Below are positions 1 to 9,380 of a DNA stretch of 64,000 bases, one piece after another (position 1 is the stretch's first letter; every line of letters begins with the position of its first letter). This stretch comes from an uncultured Chloroflexia bacterium (GTDB lineage: Bacteria; Chloroflexota; Limnocylindria; Limnocylindrales; CSP1-4): contig CAWHXD010000007.1 of the NCBI GenBank assembly GCA_963833225.1, forward strand, positions 64,001-128,000, in the 5' to 3' direction. The notes beneath the pieces were generated by a model. It was not told where the DNA came from. It saw only the letters and a list, made by a program, of their open reading frames with translations, and made no database searches. The position numbers were made by a program, and so were the translations under genes.

Positions 1-523
1 CGTCGACCCCAAGGCGCACGTCGACGCATTCCTTCGCGGGCGGGAGCGACACCTGCCGATCCCTGCCGGGTGAGCGCTCCTTGAGGAGCGCCCTCGCTGG
101 CGTGGCGCCATGAGCGACCGCCTCGAACTGCGCGTTGGTGCAGGGCTCGGTGCCGGTCGGGAGCGCCGTGACTGTCGTCATCTCACGCTCCTCCAGAAGG
201 CCGAGGCCTCGAGCACCCGCAGCGCGAGGATCGCGTCCGCGGCACCGATCCGGGCCGAGCTGTAGGCGTCGGCCCGGACGCGCTCGGGGGGAGCGTCATC
301 CCTGCGCTCATCGCCCATGCCGGCGCAGTCGGTCAATCCAGGCAAAGGGCACGGGCTTGTCGGTCCGCGAGTTGGCGAGGCAGGCCGCTCAGCGCATCGC
401 CCGAGAGAAGGCGCTGACGGCACAACGCCAGGCGCACGAGCGTGTTGCCGGGGCGTGGGCGAAGGGCCAGCCAATCCTTGGTCTGACCGACCAACGGCAG
501 GGCGACGACGATGCCGCCAGCCC

Positions 524-1009
524 CTACCTCGAGCCGATGGCCCAGGGTGTCGCCGGCGGCCCCTCGCTGTGAAGGCGCTCCACGATCTCGACCAGTCCTT
601 CTGGAAAGAACCTGTCCGCCGAGAGCCGCAGATCAGCCAGCGGCCACCAGCGATGCGCCGCGACCGCGGCGGCCTCGTTGTCGCCGGGACGACTCGAGCG
701 GATCTCCGGTCGATCGACGCGTCCAAGGAGATGCCACTCGTCCTGGTCGAAGAGTCGACCCCCATACGCGAACTGCGCCCGCCGACGAAGAACGACCGGC
801 CCGAGGCCAGGAACATCAACGCCGAGCTCCTCGTTCAATTCTCGACGCGCCGCTGCCTGGGGCGACTCGCCATCCTCGATGCGCCCGCCGGGGGGATACC
901 GGTACGCGCCCCGTTCGGGATCTGGATCAAACAGGAGCAAGAGGCGATCCTGCTGGTCGAACAAGAGCACGCGCGCAACCTCGCGCTGGATCACCGGCTG
1001 TTGCTTCAT
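524..1009 (-). CDS. NUDIX hydrolase
   Basis: Complete Nudix box GGRIEDGESPQAAARRELNEELG. Confidence 0.9.
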   Translation of the reverse strand: MKQQPVIQREVARVLLFDQQDRLLLLFDPDPERGAYRYPPGGRIEDGESPQAAARRELNEELGVDVPGLGPVVLRRRAQFAYGGRLFDQDEWHLLGRVDRPEIRSSRPGDNEAAAVAAHRWWPLADLRLSADRFFPEGLVEIVERLHSEGPPATPWAIGSR

Positions 1010-1173
1010 CGTGCCGAAGTCTTGGCGTCAATGGCGTCGGCGTCAATCAAGCCCACCCGCTGCCGAATGAGATACACACTCGGCGCGTCAGGAACCAGAA
1101 TGGCTCTGTCATCGACCGGATCGACAGCGGCTGAGGGCCTCCGCAGCAGTGGCGACGCACAGGAGGGTCGGGG

Positions 1174-3468
1174 ATGAACAGGAAGACGCAGGCTCCGAGC
1201 CAGCTGCAACGGTTGTCGAATGCGATCGAGGGCGAGGTCGCGTTTGGTCAGACCACCTGCCAACCAGCGCCCGCCGCAAGGCCGGTCGGTGACGCGACCA
1301 CAGGCGTCGTCTTCGTGCACGGCATCGGGGACCAACTGCGGGCCGACACTCTCCTTGGGTGGTCCGGCGCGATCACCCGGGCCGTCGCAAGCTGGGCCGC
1401 TGCCGCGAGCCCGGAAGGGGTGCCGACCGGGGACCAGGTGATCAGGAGCGAAGTCGACTTCGAAAGCTCCGACCTGCCGCTGGTGATCATCCGGGTTCCT
1501 GCCGCGACCGTGAGCGAGTTGACCCTTGGCGAAAGGACCTTCCTGCCGCAGACCTGGGTCATGACCGAAGCGCGCTGGGCCCAGGATGTCAGGCCCCCGA
1601 GCCTCGAGACGATGATCGACTGGTGTGGACCGCGTGGGGTGGTCGCCAGCGTGGTCGGACGGATCGTCGGTCAGGGGATCGCGTCGCCGGACCCAACGAC
1701 CGGAGGCTGTCTGCCGCCCGCCGCGCCGCCACCCGCCGCCGATCCGGCGCGGGGCCTGCTGCGGGCTCTGGCCGAGGTGGGCTTGTCGACGTTCGTGTCG
1801 GTCGTCGTGACGGCCGGGTTGCTCGTCTATGCGGTGCTACGGACGCTGGCCGGGATCGTTCCGTACCAGCCCCTCAAGGATGCGATCGACCGGATGTCGC
1901 TCGACACGTTCCTGACGACCTGGTGGGGCGATGTCTATGTCCTGCTCGACGACCCCGTGCAAGCGGCGAACATCCGTGGTCAGCTGGACCGGTCGATCCG
2001 TGCGCTGCGGAAGTTCGGTTGCAATCGAGTGGTGGTGGTCGGCCACTCCGGCGGCACGATCGTCAGCTACATGGCCCTGTCTGATCCGGCCCTGTCCGCG
2101 TCCGCCGACACCCTCGTTACCCACGGTCAGGCCATTCAGATGGCGCGCGCCATCTACCGGGCAGAGGGGTCATCTCCATCGAGTCCCGCGGTGCGACTGG
2201 CCGTCGGGGCGACGCTTCGTGGAGTGACCCGGTGGCACGACCTGCACGCGACGCACGACCCGGCCCCGGCCGGCCGACTCGATGAGGCGGCCACCGCAGG
2301 CGTCGGCACAGCAGGGTTCTGCGATACCGAGGTGTGGAACAGGCTGAGCATGACGGGCGACCACGGTGGGTACTTCGAGAATGATGAGGAGTTCCTGGAG
2401 GCTTTGCTATCGGACATCGAAACGACGGGTGACCCGGGTGCCCCATCGAGGTTCGAGGGCGGACGGCAGACTCGGATCACGCGTCGTCGCCAGCGCGTCT
2501 ACATCCTCGCGCTTTGGAAGCGGCTGATGTACGTGCTCCCCCTGGCCGCGATCTTGACCGCGTTCCTCGTGCCGTGGATGGGGCTCATCCCGGTTCTGCG
2601 AGACGTCGCGGCGGCGATTGCCTCCGCCGCGGCGACGATCGTGGCCGTGGCCCCCGGATCGACCGAGCTCGGCGAGATGATCGCTTCGGCTCCTTCGATC
2701 CGGGTTGAGGGCCTCGTGACGGCGGCAGCCTCGGTCGTCGCGACGTTCTACATCTTCGCCATCGCCAAGGCGATCATGCCGATCGGCCGGATCGCGATCT
2801 GGTCGGGCGCGCGGAAATGGTTCTTCCTCATGCTCGACTTCGGGGTGTTCCTCGTGGCCGTTGCCATCGCCTGGCTCGCCCCGGCGTCGCTCTCGGGTGA
2901 CCCATTGGCGGCCTTCCGGGATCTCCGCGATCGAGTCGTGAACGATCCGGCGGTCCTCTCCGCGATCCTTGTCTCGGTGGTCGTGGTCGTCGTCCTCGCC
3001 GTCGGGCCAATCCGGACGGCCGTGGTCGAAGCCAGCACCGGCCACTATCGAGCGACGAGGCTCACCGTCTTGGGGTTGGGCTCGGCCGTCCTCTGGCTGG
3101 CCGCCTACGGGATCGTTGTCGATGAGGGCATCCGAACGATCGTTTCGGCGACGGCGGTCGCGCTCCTGGGTTTCGGGGTCCTGGGCAAGATTGGCACCTG
3201 GCGCTGGGACCGATGGGACGTCGCCGAGCGGACCGTTGCGCGCGAACGCAAGGCGCCGTTCCGGCGGCGCTGGATCTGGCTCCAATTCCTGTTCCTGGGC
3301 GGGGTAGGTGTCGCGGCCGCGATCGGGATCGCGGTCGGACTCTCGTCGTTGCTGATCCTCGGCGGGATCGCGCTCGTGATCGCGCTCGTTGTATTCGTCA
3401 TCGCGGATGTCGCGGTTCTCAAAGAACCGGGTGTCCCGAACCCGACCGTCGGGGCGGGTCAGGCGTGA
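1174..3468 (+). CDS. Alpha/beta-hydrolase-fold protein with C-terminal multi-TM domain
   Basis: VFVHGIG, nucleophile elbow GHSGG, candidate Asp (HDP) and His (DHGGYF); many hydrophobic segments after ~aa 450; AGGAGG RBS. Confidence 0.7.
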   Translation: MNRKTQAPSQLQRLSNAIEGEVAFGQTTCQPAPAARPVGDATTGVVFVHGIGDQLRADTLLGWSGAITRAVASWAAAASPEGVPTGDQVIRSEVDFESSDLPLVIIRVPAATVSELTLGERTFLPQTWVMTEARWAQDVRPPSLETMIDWCGPRGVVASVVGRIVGQGIASPDPTTGGCLPPAAPPPAADPARGLLRALAEVGLSTFVSVVVTAGLLVYAVLRTLAGIVPYQPLKDAIDRMSLDTFLTTWWGDVYVLLDDPVQAANIRGQLDRSIRALRKFGCNRVVVVGHSGGTIVSYMALSDPALSASADTLVTHGQAIQMARAIYRAEGSSPSSPAVRLAVGATLRGVTRWHDLHATHDPAPAGRLDEAATAGVGTAGFCDTEVWNRLSMTGDHGGYFENDEEFLEALLSDIETTGDPGAPSRFEGGRQTRITRRRQRVYILALWKRLMYVLPLAAILTAFLVPWMGLIPVLRDVAAAIASAAATIVAVAPGSTELGEMIASAPSIRVEGLVTAAASVVATFYIFAIAKAIMPIGRIAIWSGARKWFFLMLDFGVFLVAVAIAWLAPASLSGDPLAAFRDLRDRVVNDPAVLSAILVSVVVVVVLAVGPIRTAVVEASTGHYRATRLTVLGLGSAVLWLAAYGIVVDEGIRTIVSATAVALLGFGVLGKIGTWRWDRWDVAERTVARERKAPFRRRWIWLQFLFLGGVGVAAAIGIAVGLSSLLILGGIALVIALVVFVIADVAVLKEPGVPNPTVGAGQA

Positions 3469-3588
3469 CGAGGCGCCGGAGCGCGTCGACGACGAGCTGG
3501 CCCATACGGGGATCCTCCGTGCGAAGAGCGGCGGCGACAGGGTCTCGATCTCTATTCTGCCGTGTGGGCCACGGTTTCGGCGCCCTGA

Positions 3589-3615
3589 GAACCGAAGCCA
3601 ACATCTGCTCGTCTA
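3589..3615 (+). promoter_or_regulatory. Putative ECF sigma promoter GAACC-N16-CGTCTA
   Basis: GAACC 3589-3593 and CGTC 3610-3613, just upstream of the ECF gene ATG. Confidence 0.55.
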
Positions 3616-3625
3616 TACGGGCACC

Positions 3626-4198
3626 ATGGGAGCACTCGCGTACGTCCTGACGCGGCCAGTTGGGGAGATCGAACTGACCGGGAGACGCACCGACGCTGGG
3701 CGGCAGATCCTCACCGCGATTCGTGCCGGGCTCGACCGGCGCTACCGGCTGGCGGGTCTCCTGCTGGGGAACGCCGCCGACGCCGAGGACGCAACTCAGG
3801 AGGCGATGCTCCGCGCCTGGCGATCGGCCGATTCCTTGCGCGACCCGTCTCGGGTGGATGCCTGGCTTGACGGCATCCTCGTCAATGTCTGCCGGGATCG
3901 GCTGCGACGTCGGAGGATCGTTCGGTTCATTCCCCTCGCGGATGGTGCAGCCGGCCCCGCCCGTGACCAGTTCCAGGGCGTCCTGGATCGGGACGAGATC
4001 GTGCGAGCGATGGGCAGCCTCGACGCAGACCAGCGGATCGTCGTGGTCATGCACTACTGGGGCGGACTGACGCTCGAGGGCATTGCCGACCGCCTGGGGT
4101 GGCCAGTCGGGACAGTGAAGTCGCGACTCCACCACGCCTTGCGTCGAATGCGCGCCGCCCTCGATGTCCCGCTCACCCATCCTGACGCGTCTTCATGA
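3626..4198 (+). CDS. ECF (sigma-70 family) RNA polymerase sigma factor
   Basis: Region 2 DAEDATQEAMLRAW...NVCRDRLR; region 4 IADRLGWPVGTVKSRLHHAL. Confidence 0.9.
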   Translation: MGALAYVLTRPVGEIELTGRRTDAGRQILTAIRAGLDRRYRLAGLLLGNAADAEDATQEAMLRAWRSADSLRDPSRVDAWLDGILVNVCRDRLRRRRIVRFIPLADGAAGPARDQFQGVLDRDEIVRAMGSLDADQRIVVVMHYWGGLTLEGIADRLGWPVGTVKSRLHHALRRMRAALDVPLTHPDASS

Positions 4199-5398
4199 GC
4201 GACGATCTCGACCGGCGATTGCGTGAGAGCCTCGGCGATCTACCCCTGCCGGAAGCGCCGCACACCCTCCACGACGCCGCGGACCGACTCGAAGCCGAGC
4301 CGGTTCCGCCACGAACTCGTGCTCGACGGCTGATTCCTGCCTCGGTTGCGGTGCTCGTCGTCGCGTTCGCCGCGACGACGGTGCTCATCGGTGGGAGCTC
4401 CCTCCCCCACATGCCGGCGTCAACTCGTCGCCAACGGCGAGCCAGCCTCCAGGCTCGTCCCAGCCCGCGAGTGCTGCGGCCGCCACGCAGAGCTCCGCCG
4501 GCGACGCCAGCCGCCAGTGGCGTTCTCAGCGCGAGTGACAACGGGCTCTCAATGACGGTCACGCCCGCCAATCCCTCGGTTGAGCCCGGCGGCAGCGTCA
4601 CGGTCACCGTGACCATCCACAACGGCCGCTCGGGTCCCGTGGTGCTCCAGACTCAGCGGTGCGGAGCGCCGGCCCTGATGAGCTTCATGCTGCCGTTCCC
4701 GGTCGACCCGGCGGGGCGGGTCTGGACTGGGATCGCCGGCGAGTACAAGACCTTTGCCCTCGGTCAGGCGGAGCGCTCGGGCGGCTTCTTGCAGCCCTGG
4801 TACGCGGACGCCAAGCCGTGCCCACAGGACAACGGGTGGGTCCTGACAGTCCAGCCCGGCGAGACGAGCAGGGCAACGCTGGTGTGGACCGCGGAGCTGG
4901 TGGAGGGCGTCCCGGCATTGCCAGGCGACCTCGACTTCACGGTGACGGTCGGCCATGACCCGACGTGCAGGCCCCCGCCCGGTCGAACGTGCGGCCCGGT
5001 CGGAAGCACGGGTGGGACCGTCTTGAGCTGGCCCTGGACCTTCGAGGACATGACGGCCTCCGGCGGCGTGCTGCGGATTGCCGGGGATGCCCACGAAGGT
5101 CGTGACAGCCGGCGAGGCGATCGACGCCCTGCTCTCGAGCCAGCGGTTCACGGACTGGCTGACCGAGCAGCCTGCCAGCACGTGGAGCGTCGCAAACGTG
5201 TTGCTGCAGAACCCGGGCAAGGCGCAAGGCATCGTGCCTGGGGGTCCGTCCTGGGAGGTGGGGCTCACCCGCAAGGTGGGCGTACAGGACGAGTGGGCGA
5301 TCGGGTACGTGGATCCGTTCTCCGGGAAGGTGCTCAGTCTGTCGTTCTGCTACCCGCCGTCGCAATCGGGACCGGGCGGATCGTGCGTGGGCTCCTGA
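4195..5398 (+). CDS. Putative membrane anti-sigma factor with extracytoplasmic domain (frameshifted)
   Basis: ATGA overlap with the ECF gene; DDLDRRLRESL N-terminus and one TM; continues in the 5078..5398 frame after a shift near 5090. Confidence 0.6.
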
Positions 5399-5585
5399 GG
5401 TAGTCCCGCCGGCGAGCGCGGTCACTCTTCTCGACATCACGGCCCTCAGCGACAGATCACGGCCCTTTGCGACCTGTTCGCGCGACTCCGGGCTCGAGCC
5501 AGGCCCGCGCCGCTCACGTCTCTGTGGGCCTCCGCCCTGACCGGGTCATCAACTCCCGTGAAGTCGATCGGGGCCGCGCGGGTCG

Positions 5586-6087
5586 TCACAGCCTCTCGAC
5601 CCGCGTGCGGCCGGTCGCCTCGCCGAAGGCCCAGAGGTCGATCTCGGGCGGGGTCAGGCCGAGGCTCGTCAACGCCGTGCAGATCTGGCTTCGGTGATCG
5701 GTGCCGTGGTGGACGACCTGCGCGAGGCGGAAGCCGAGCGGCGAGTGGAAGCTCCAGCCGTCGCCGTGCTCGACGATGTCGGCCTCGCCGTCGGGACCGG
5801 CCGCGAGCAGCTCCATCCACGCTGCGCCGTTCGCCGTGATCGCCGACCGTAGCTCGGCCAGGGTCACCACGGCTTGCTCGTCGATCGGTGCGGGCTGTTC
5901 GCGGAGGAACGACAGGTACCAGCCATCGCTGCTGACGAGATGCCGGAACGTGTCGATGACCGAGCCGTAAGTGCCGGGCGCCGGAGCCGCCAGCTGCTCG
6001 GGTGTGAGCGCCGCGCACACGTCGATGCAGTCGCTCGGTCGCCCACACGTGATGGGCGAAGACGTCGTCGAGCAGCGAGGCGGTCAT
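5586..6087 (-). CDS. DinB family protein (frameshift near 6025)
   Basis: HHVWATERL, TFRHLVSSD, QVVHHGTDHRSQI motifs, split over two frames. Confidence 0.8.
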
Positions 6088-6806
6088 CGGGCACCCCCGG
6101 CCTTCGTCGCGATGTCGCCGATGATCGCCGCGGTCTCCGCAGGGCGCGACCACATCGGCCAGTGGCTCGTCGGCAGGTCGATCCAGGTGACGTCGCGCAG
6201 CTCCGCGATACCGGCGAGGAACGCCCAGTCGGGGTGCTCCCTCGCGTACGTCTGGTAGGCCTCGGAGGTGTAGCCCAGTCGCGATGATCGTCGAGGGGAT
6301 GTCCCTGCGGGCGTCGTTCGTGAACTCGTGGACATCGCGCAGGAGTCCGGCTGGTTCCGCGACCGCCCGCTCGCCGGAACGTCGCCAGCTGCGGCTCGCT
6401 GAGCCCGTCGAGGTTCTCCTCCGCCTTGATCTCCTCCCAGATCGAAGGGCTTCTCAACGCCCTCGAACTCGGGGTCCGGCGCCCCCTTTCCTGGGGCCGT
6501 GTCGACGTAGACCATCGGCGGCAATCCGGTCCGGGATGACGTCGCTCGCGGCGTAGCCGGAGAAGCCGGTGGCGCTGTGCAAGGCGAGCACGACCGGCGC
6601 GCCCGGCCGCCTCGACGGCGTTGACGATGGCGTCGACATGGTCCTGGCAGGGTGACCCCGGACCGGTCGGCGTCGGCCAATTCGAGCCCGGGCAGCGTCA
6701 GCGCCGTGACGTCGTGGCCGTCGGCGCGGAGCTTCTCGGCCACCTCGTCCCACGCCCAGGCCCCGAGCCAGAACCCGGGGACCAGGATGATCGGTGCGCT
6801 CGTCAT
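6084..6806 (-). CDS. Alpha/beta hydrolase (several frameshifts)
   Basis: ILVPGFWLGAWAW; VLALHSATG in an alternate frame; C-terminal LPTSHWPMWSRP. Confidence 0.8.
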   Translation of the reverse strand: MTSAPIILVPGFWLGAWAWDEVAEKLRADGHDVTALTLPGLELADADRSGVTLPGPCRRHRQRRRGGRARRSCSPCTAPPASPATPRATSSRTGLPPMVYVDTAPGKGAPDPEFEGVEKPFDLGGDQGGGEPRRAQRAAAGDVPASGRSRNQPDSCAMSTSSRTTPAGTSPRRSSRLGYTSEAYQTYAREHPDWAFLAGIAELRDVTWIDLPTSHWPMWSRPAETAAIIGDIATKAGGAR

Positions 6807-6932
6807 GTGCGATTCCTCCTCAGCACGTCAGGCGTGGGCGGTCAGCGTGGACGTGTCGTCGGTCCCCTTGAACGTAGCGTCCAGGCTCCGCGCCAGCGGA
6901 TCCTCCAGGGGACCCAACCCCGCGGCACGGGG

Positions 6933-7652
6933 TCAACCGAGCTCGGCGTCGACCGCGTCGGCGAAGGCGGCCATCGACGGGAACGCCCAGTCGGGCGTGA
7001 CCGGCGCCTGCGGGTCGGGCGTGGCCCCCCAGCCTGGCCGGGCATGCCGGCGGTTGATCCACACGGTGGGCAGGCCCACGGCCTTGGCCGGCACGTGATC
7101 GTGGAACAGGCTCTGCGCCACGTGCAGCAGCCGGCCCTCACGGACGCCGAGCCGCTCCCGCTCGACAGCCAGCGCCTCGAAGTTGCGAGGCGAGGGCTTG
7201 TAGGAGCCGACGTCCTGCGCGGTCACGATGCCCGTGAACGTCACGCCGAGGCGCTTGTTCGAGCCCGCGAACGAGATCCGGTCGACGTTGGACAGGATGA
7301 TCAGCTTGTAGCGCTTCGCGAGTCGCTCGAGCGCCTCCGGCGAATCAGGGAACGCCGGCCAATTGGGGACGGAGGCGCCGAACGCCTCGGCCTCGCCGTC
7401 GCTCACGGGGACGCCGAGCTGGGCCCCGAGCGCCCGCATCGACCGGGCGAGGATCTCCGGGTAGAGGGCGGTCGGGTGCTCGGCCGCCGCCTTGGTCTCA
7501 TGCGTCGAGAAGGCGGTGAGGAGCTCCTCGTCGCGCATCGCGAGGGCGCGGGCGTCGGCCCACGGCCGGAGCACCGCAGCGATGCCGGTCTCCCAGTCGA
7601 TGAGGGTGCCGTAGCAGTCGAACGAGAGGGCATCAAAGTCGGCGAAGTTCAC
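6933..7652 (-). CDS. Haloacid dehalogenase type II (HAD superfamily)
   Basis: FDCYGTLIDWE, ILSNVD, SYKP, HVAQSLFHD. Confidence 0.9.
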   Translation of the reverse strand: MNFADFDALSFDCYGTLIDWETGIAAVLRPWADARALAMRDEELLTAFSTHETKAAAEHPTALYPEILARSMRALGAQLGVPVSDGEAEAFGASVPNWPAFPDSPEALERLAKRYKLIILSNVDRISFAGSNKRLGVTFTGIVTAQDVGSYKPSPRNFEALAVERERLGVREGRLLHVAQSLFHDHVPAKAVGLPTVWINRRHARPGWGATPDPQAPVTPDWAFPSMAAFADAVDAELG

Positions 7653-7799
7653 GCTGTGCGCTCCTTGATGAGGTGGAGGAACGACCGTGCCCCTCCTCAC
7701 CCCCCCAGGAACGTCGAAGTCGGCGTCGATCGCACCAGAGGACCGCGAGGATCGCTAGCTGGTGGCGAGCGCCTGACCGGGCGGCGTCGCGCGAATGCC

Positions 7800-8450
7800 G
7801 AGCAGCGATGACCGCGACCCGGCCGGGAGCCCCGCGGTAAACGAGACCTGGAGGAGGTCATCGCGGCCGGGAACAGCACCAGCCGGCTGGCTCGCCGCCC
7901 GAGCAGGCCGACGACCACGAAGACGGTCACAGCGACCACCAATGAGGCAGAACGCCCAGACTGCGTGTCCTCGCTCGCCAGTCCCGATTTGCCAGCACGA
8001 GCGCGCCGGCGATCAGCCCGAAGCAGAGAGGTCGCGGCACCCGTGACGTGGAGTCCGCGAGGACGCGGTGATGTCGGTCGCCGATCTCTTTCGTGGTTCC
8101 CGGTGGATCGCCGGAGACCGGCTGCGTGGGGACGGGCCGGCCAAGCAAGCCGTCTCCGGCGCGAGCTCGAGCGCCTGCGCCGGGCCGCCGACGCCTGAGC
8201 CCGACGGCGGGAGTGGTGTCGGCCCTGTCGAGCGCGCTACGCGTGGGCTCGGCGGTCTGCGCCAGGAAGCCGCAAGGACGTCATGCAGCCGGCCTCACCG
8301 ATGCTGAGGAGGCCCACCTGGTGCCGCAGCGGGTCGTAGCCGGGGCCGCGTCGCCCCCTCCAGCAGGTAGATCACGCTGAACAGGAGCTTGGCGACGACC
8401 CCTGCCCACAGGACGGCCGGCACGCAAACGCGGCTGAGCACGGGGATATG
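7800..8450 (-). pseudogene. Degraded DUF998-like membrane protein
   Basis: Fragments in shifting frames: WAGVVAKLLFSVIYLLEGATR / GYDPLRHQVGLLSIG, plus further hydrophobic pieces; boundaries approximate. Confidence 0.45.
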
Positions 8451-8583
8451 GTCCACGCCGCCGCGGCGCGTGACAGGGGGCAATGGAGGGCGAGTGACTG
8501 TCGTCGGCCGAGCCGTATAGCGTCTCGCTGCGCGCCCGGGACCGGAAGGACGTCCCTCCGGCCGACGGCATCGTCAGACCGGC

Positions 8584-9204
8584 CTACGGGGCCGGCAGGG
8601 GGTCACCGCAGTCGGTGAACCAGGAGACTGCGCCGTCCATCGGCGCAACGTGGACCTCCCGGCTGGCGGTCGCGCCCAGGGTGGTCACGTTCGCATCCAC
8701 GGCCCACGCCTGGTCGATCGTGGTCGTCCGGCCGTCCGTCACGTAGTCCCATGGCGCCAGCGGGTGGACCGCGACGATGTCGACGGCAAACGTCGGGTCG
8801 GCCACATCCGACGCAAGCTTGGCCTCGCAGGCGGAGGCCCCGTAGCGGTCGATCACGGCGCCGTTGAGCCGTGCTCCCATGGACTCCTCATTGCCGGCCC
8901 GGACGGCCGTCACGAGATCGCTGAAGAAGCCTCGCACCGCGGCCTCGGGGTCGGTGGTCGGGCTCGGCGTCGGGACGGGCGTTGCGGCGACGGTCGCCGT
9001 CGGTGTCGGAGCCGCCGTGGGCAGCGGGGATGTCGTTGCCGTTGCGATCGCCGCGGAGGCTGTCGGGACCCCAGATGCCCCGCCGTTGGCGGTCGTCGGT
9101 GACGTGGCGGCTCCGGCCACGGTGACCAGCCCGACTGCCCCGACGGCCACGAAGCCGAGGCCCACCACGACCAGCCCGGCACCGATCTGCCTTCGCGCGT
9201 CCAT
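8584..9204 (-). CDS. Secreted or membrane-anchored hypothetical protein with Pro/Thr linker
   Basis: N-terminal hydrophobic segment, PT linker, small domain with two Cys. Confidence 0.7.
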   Translation of the reverse strand: MDARRQIGAGLVVVGLGFVAVGAVGLVTVAGAATSPTTANGGASGVPTASAAIATATTSPLPTAAPTPTATVAATPVPTPSPTTDPEAAVRGFFSDLVTAVRAGNEESMGARLNGAVIDRYGASACEAKLASDVADPTFAVDIVAVHPLAPWDYVTDGRTTTIDQAWAVDANVTTLGATASREVHVAPMDGAVSWFTDCGDPLPAP

Positions 9205-9380
9205 GGTCGCAAGCCCTCCCCGGTACGGCCCGGTAACCGACCGCGCGAGCATACCCGGGCAGTCCACCCGCGACCATCCGCGGAGCTCGGCGACCGCGCT
9301 GCGGCACGCGGGATGGGTTGCCATCTGCTTCCCAAGCGGCTACGTTGCGCGGACTGGAGCCACCTGGGGAGCGGCTGTTG

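Noticed and set aside
1-520. Possible partial CDS end (TGA at 71-73) and ORF 135..572
   Set aside because: No recognisable motif and I cannot determine the coding frame
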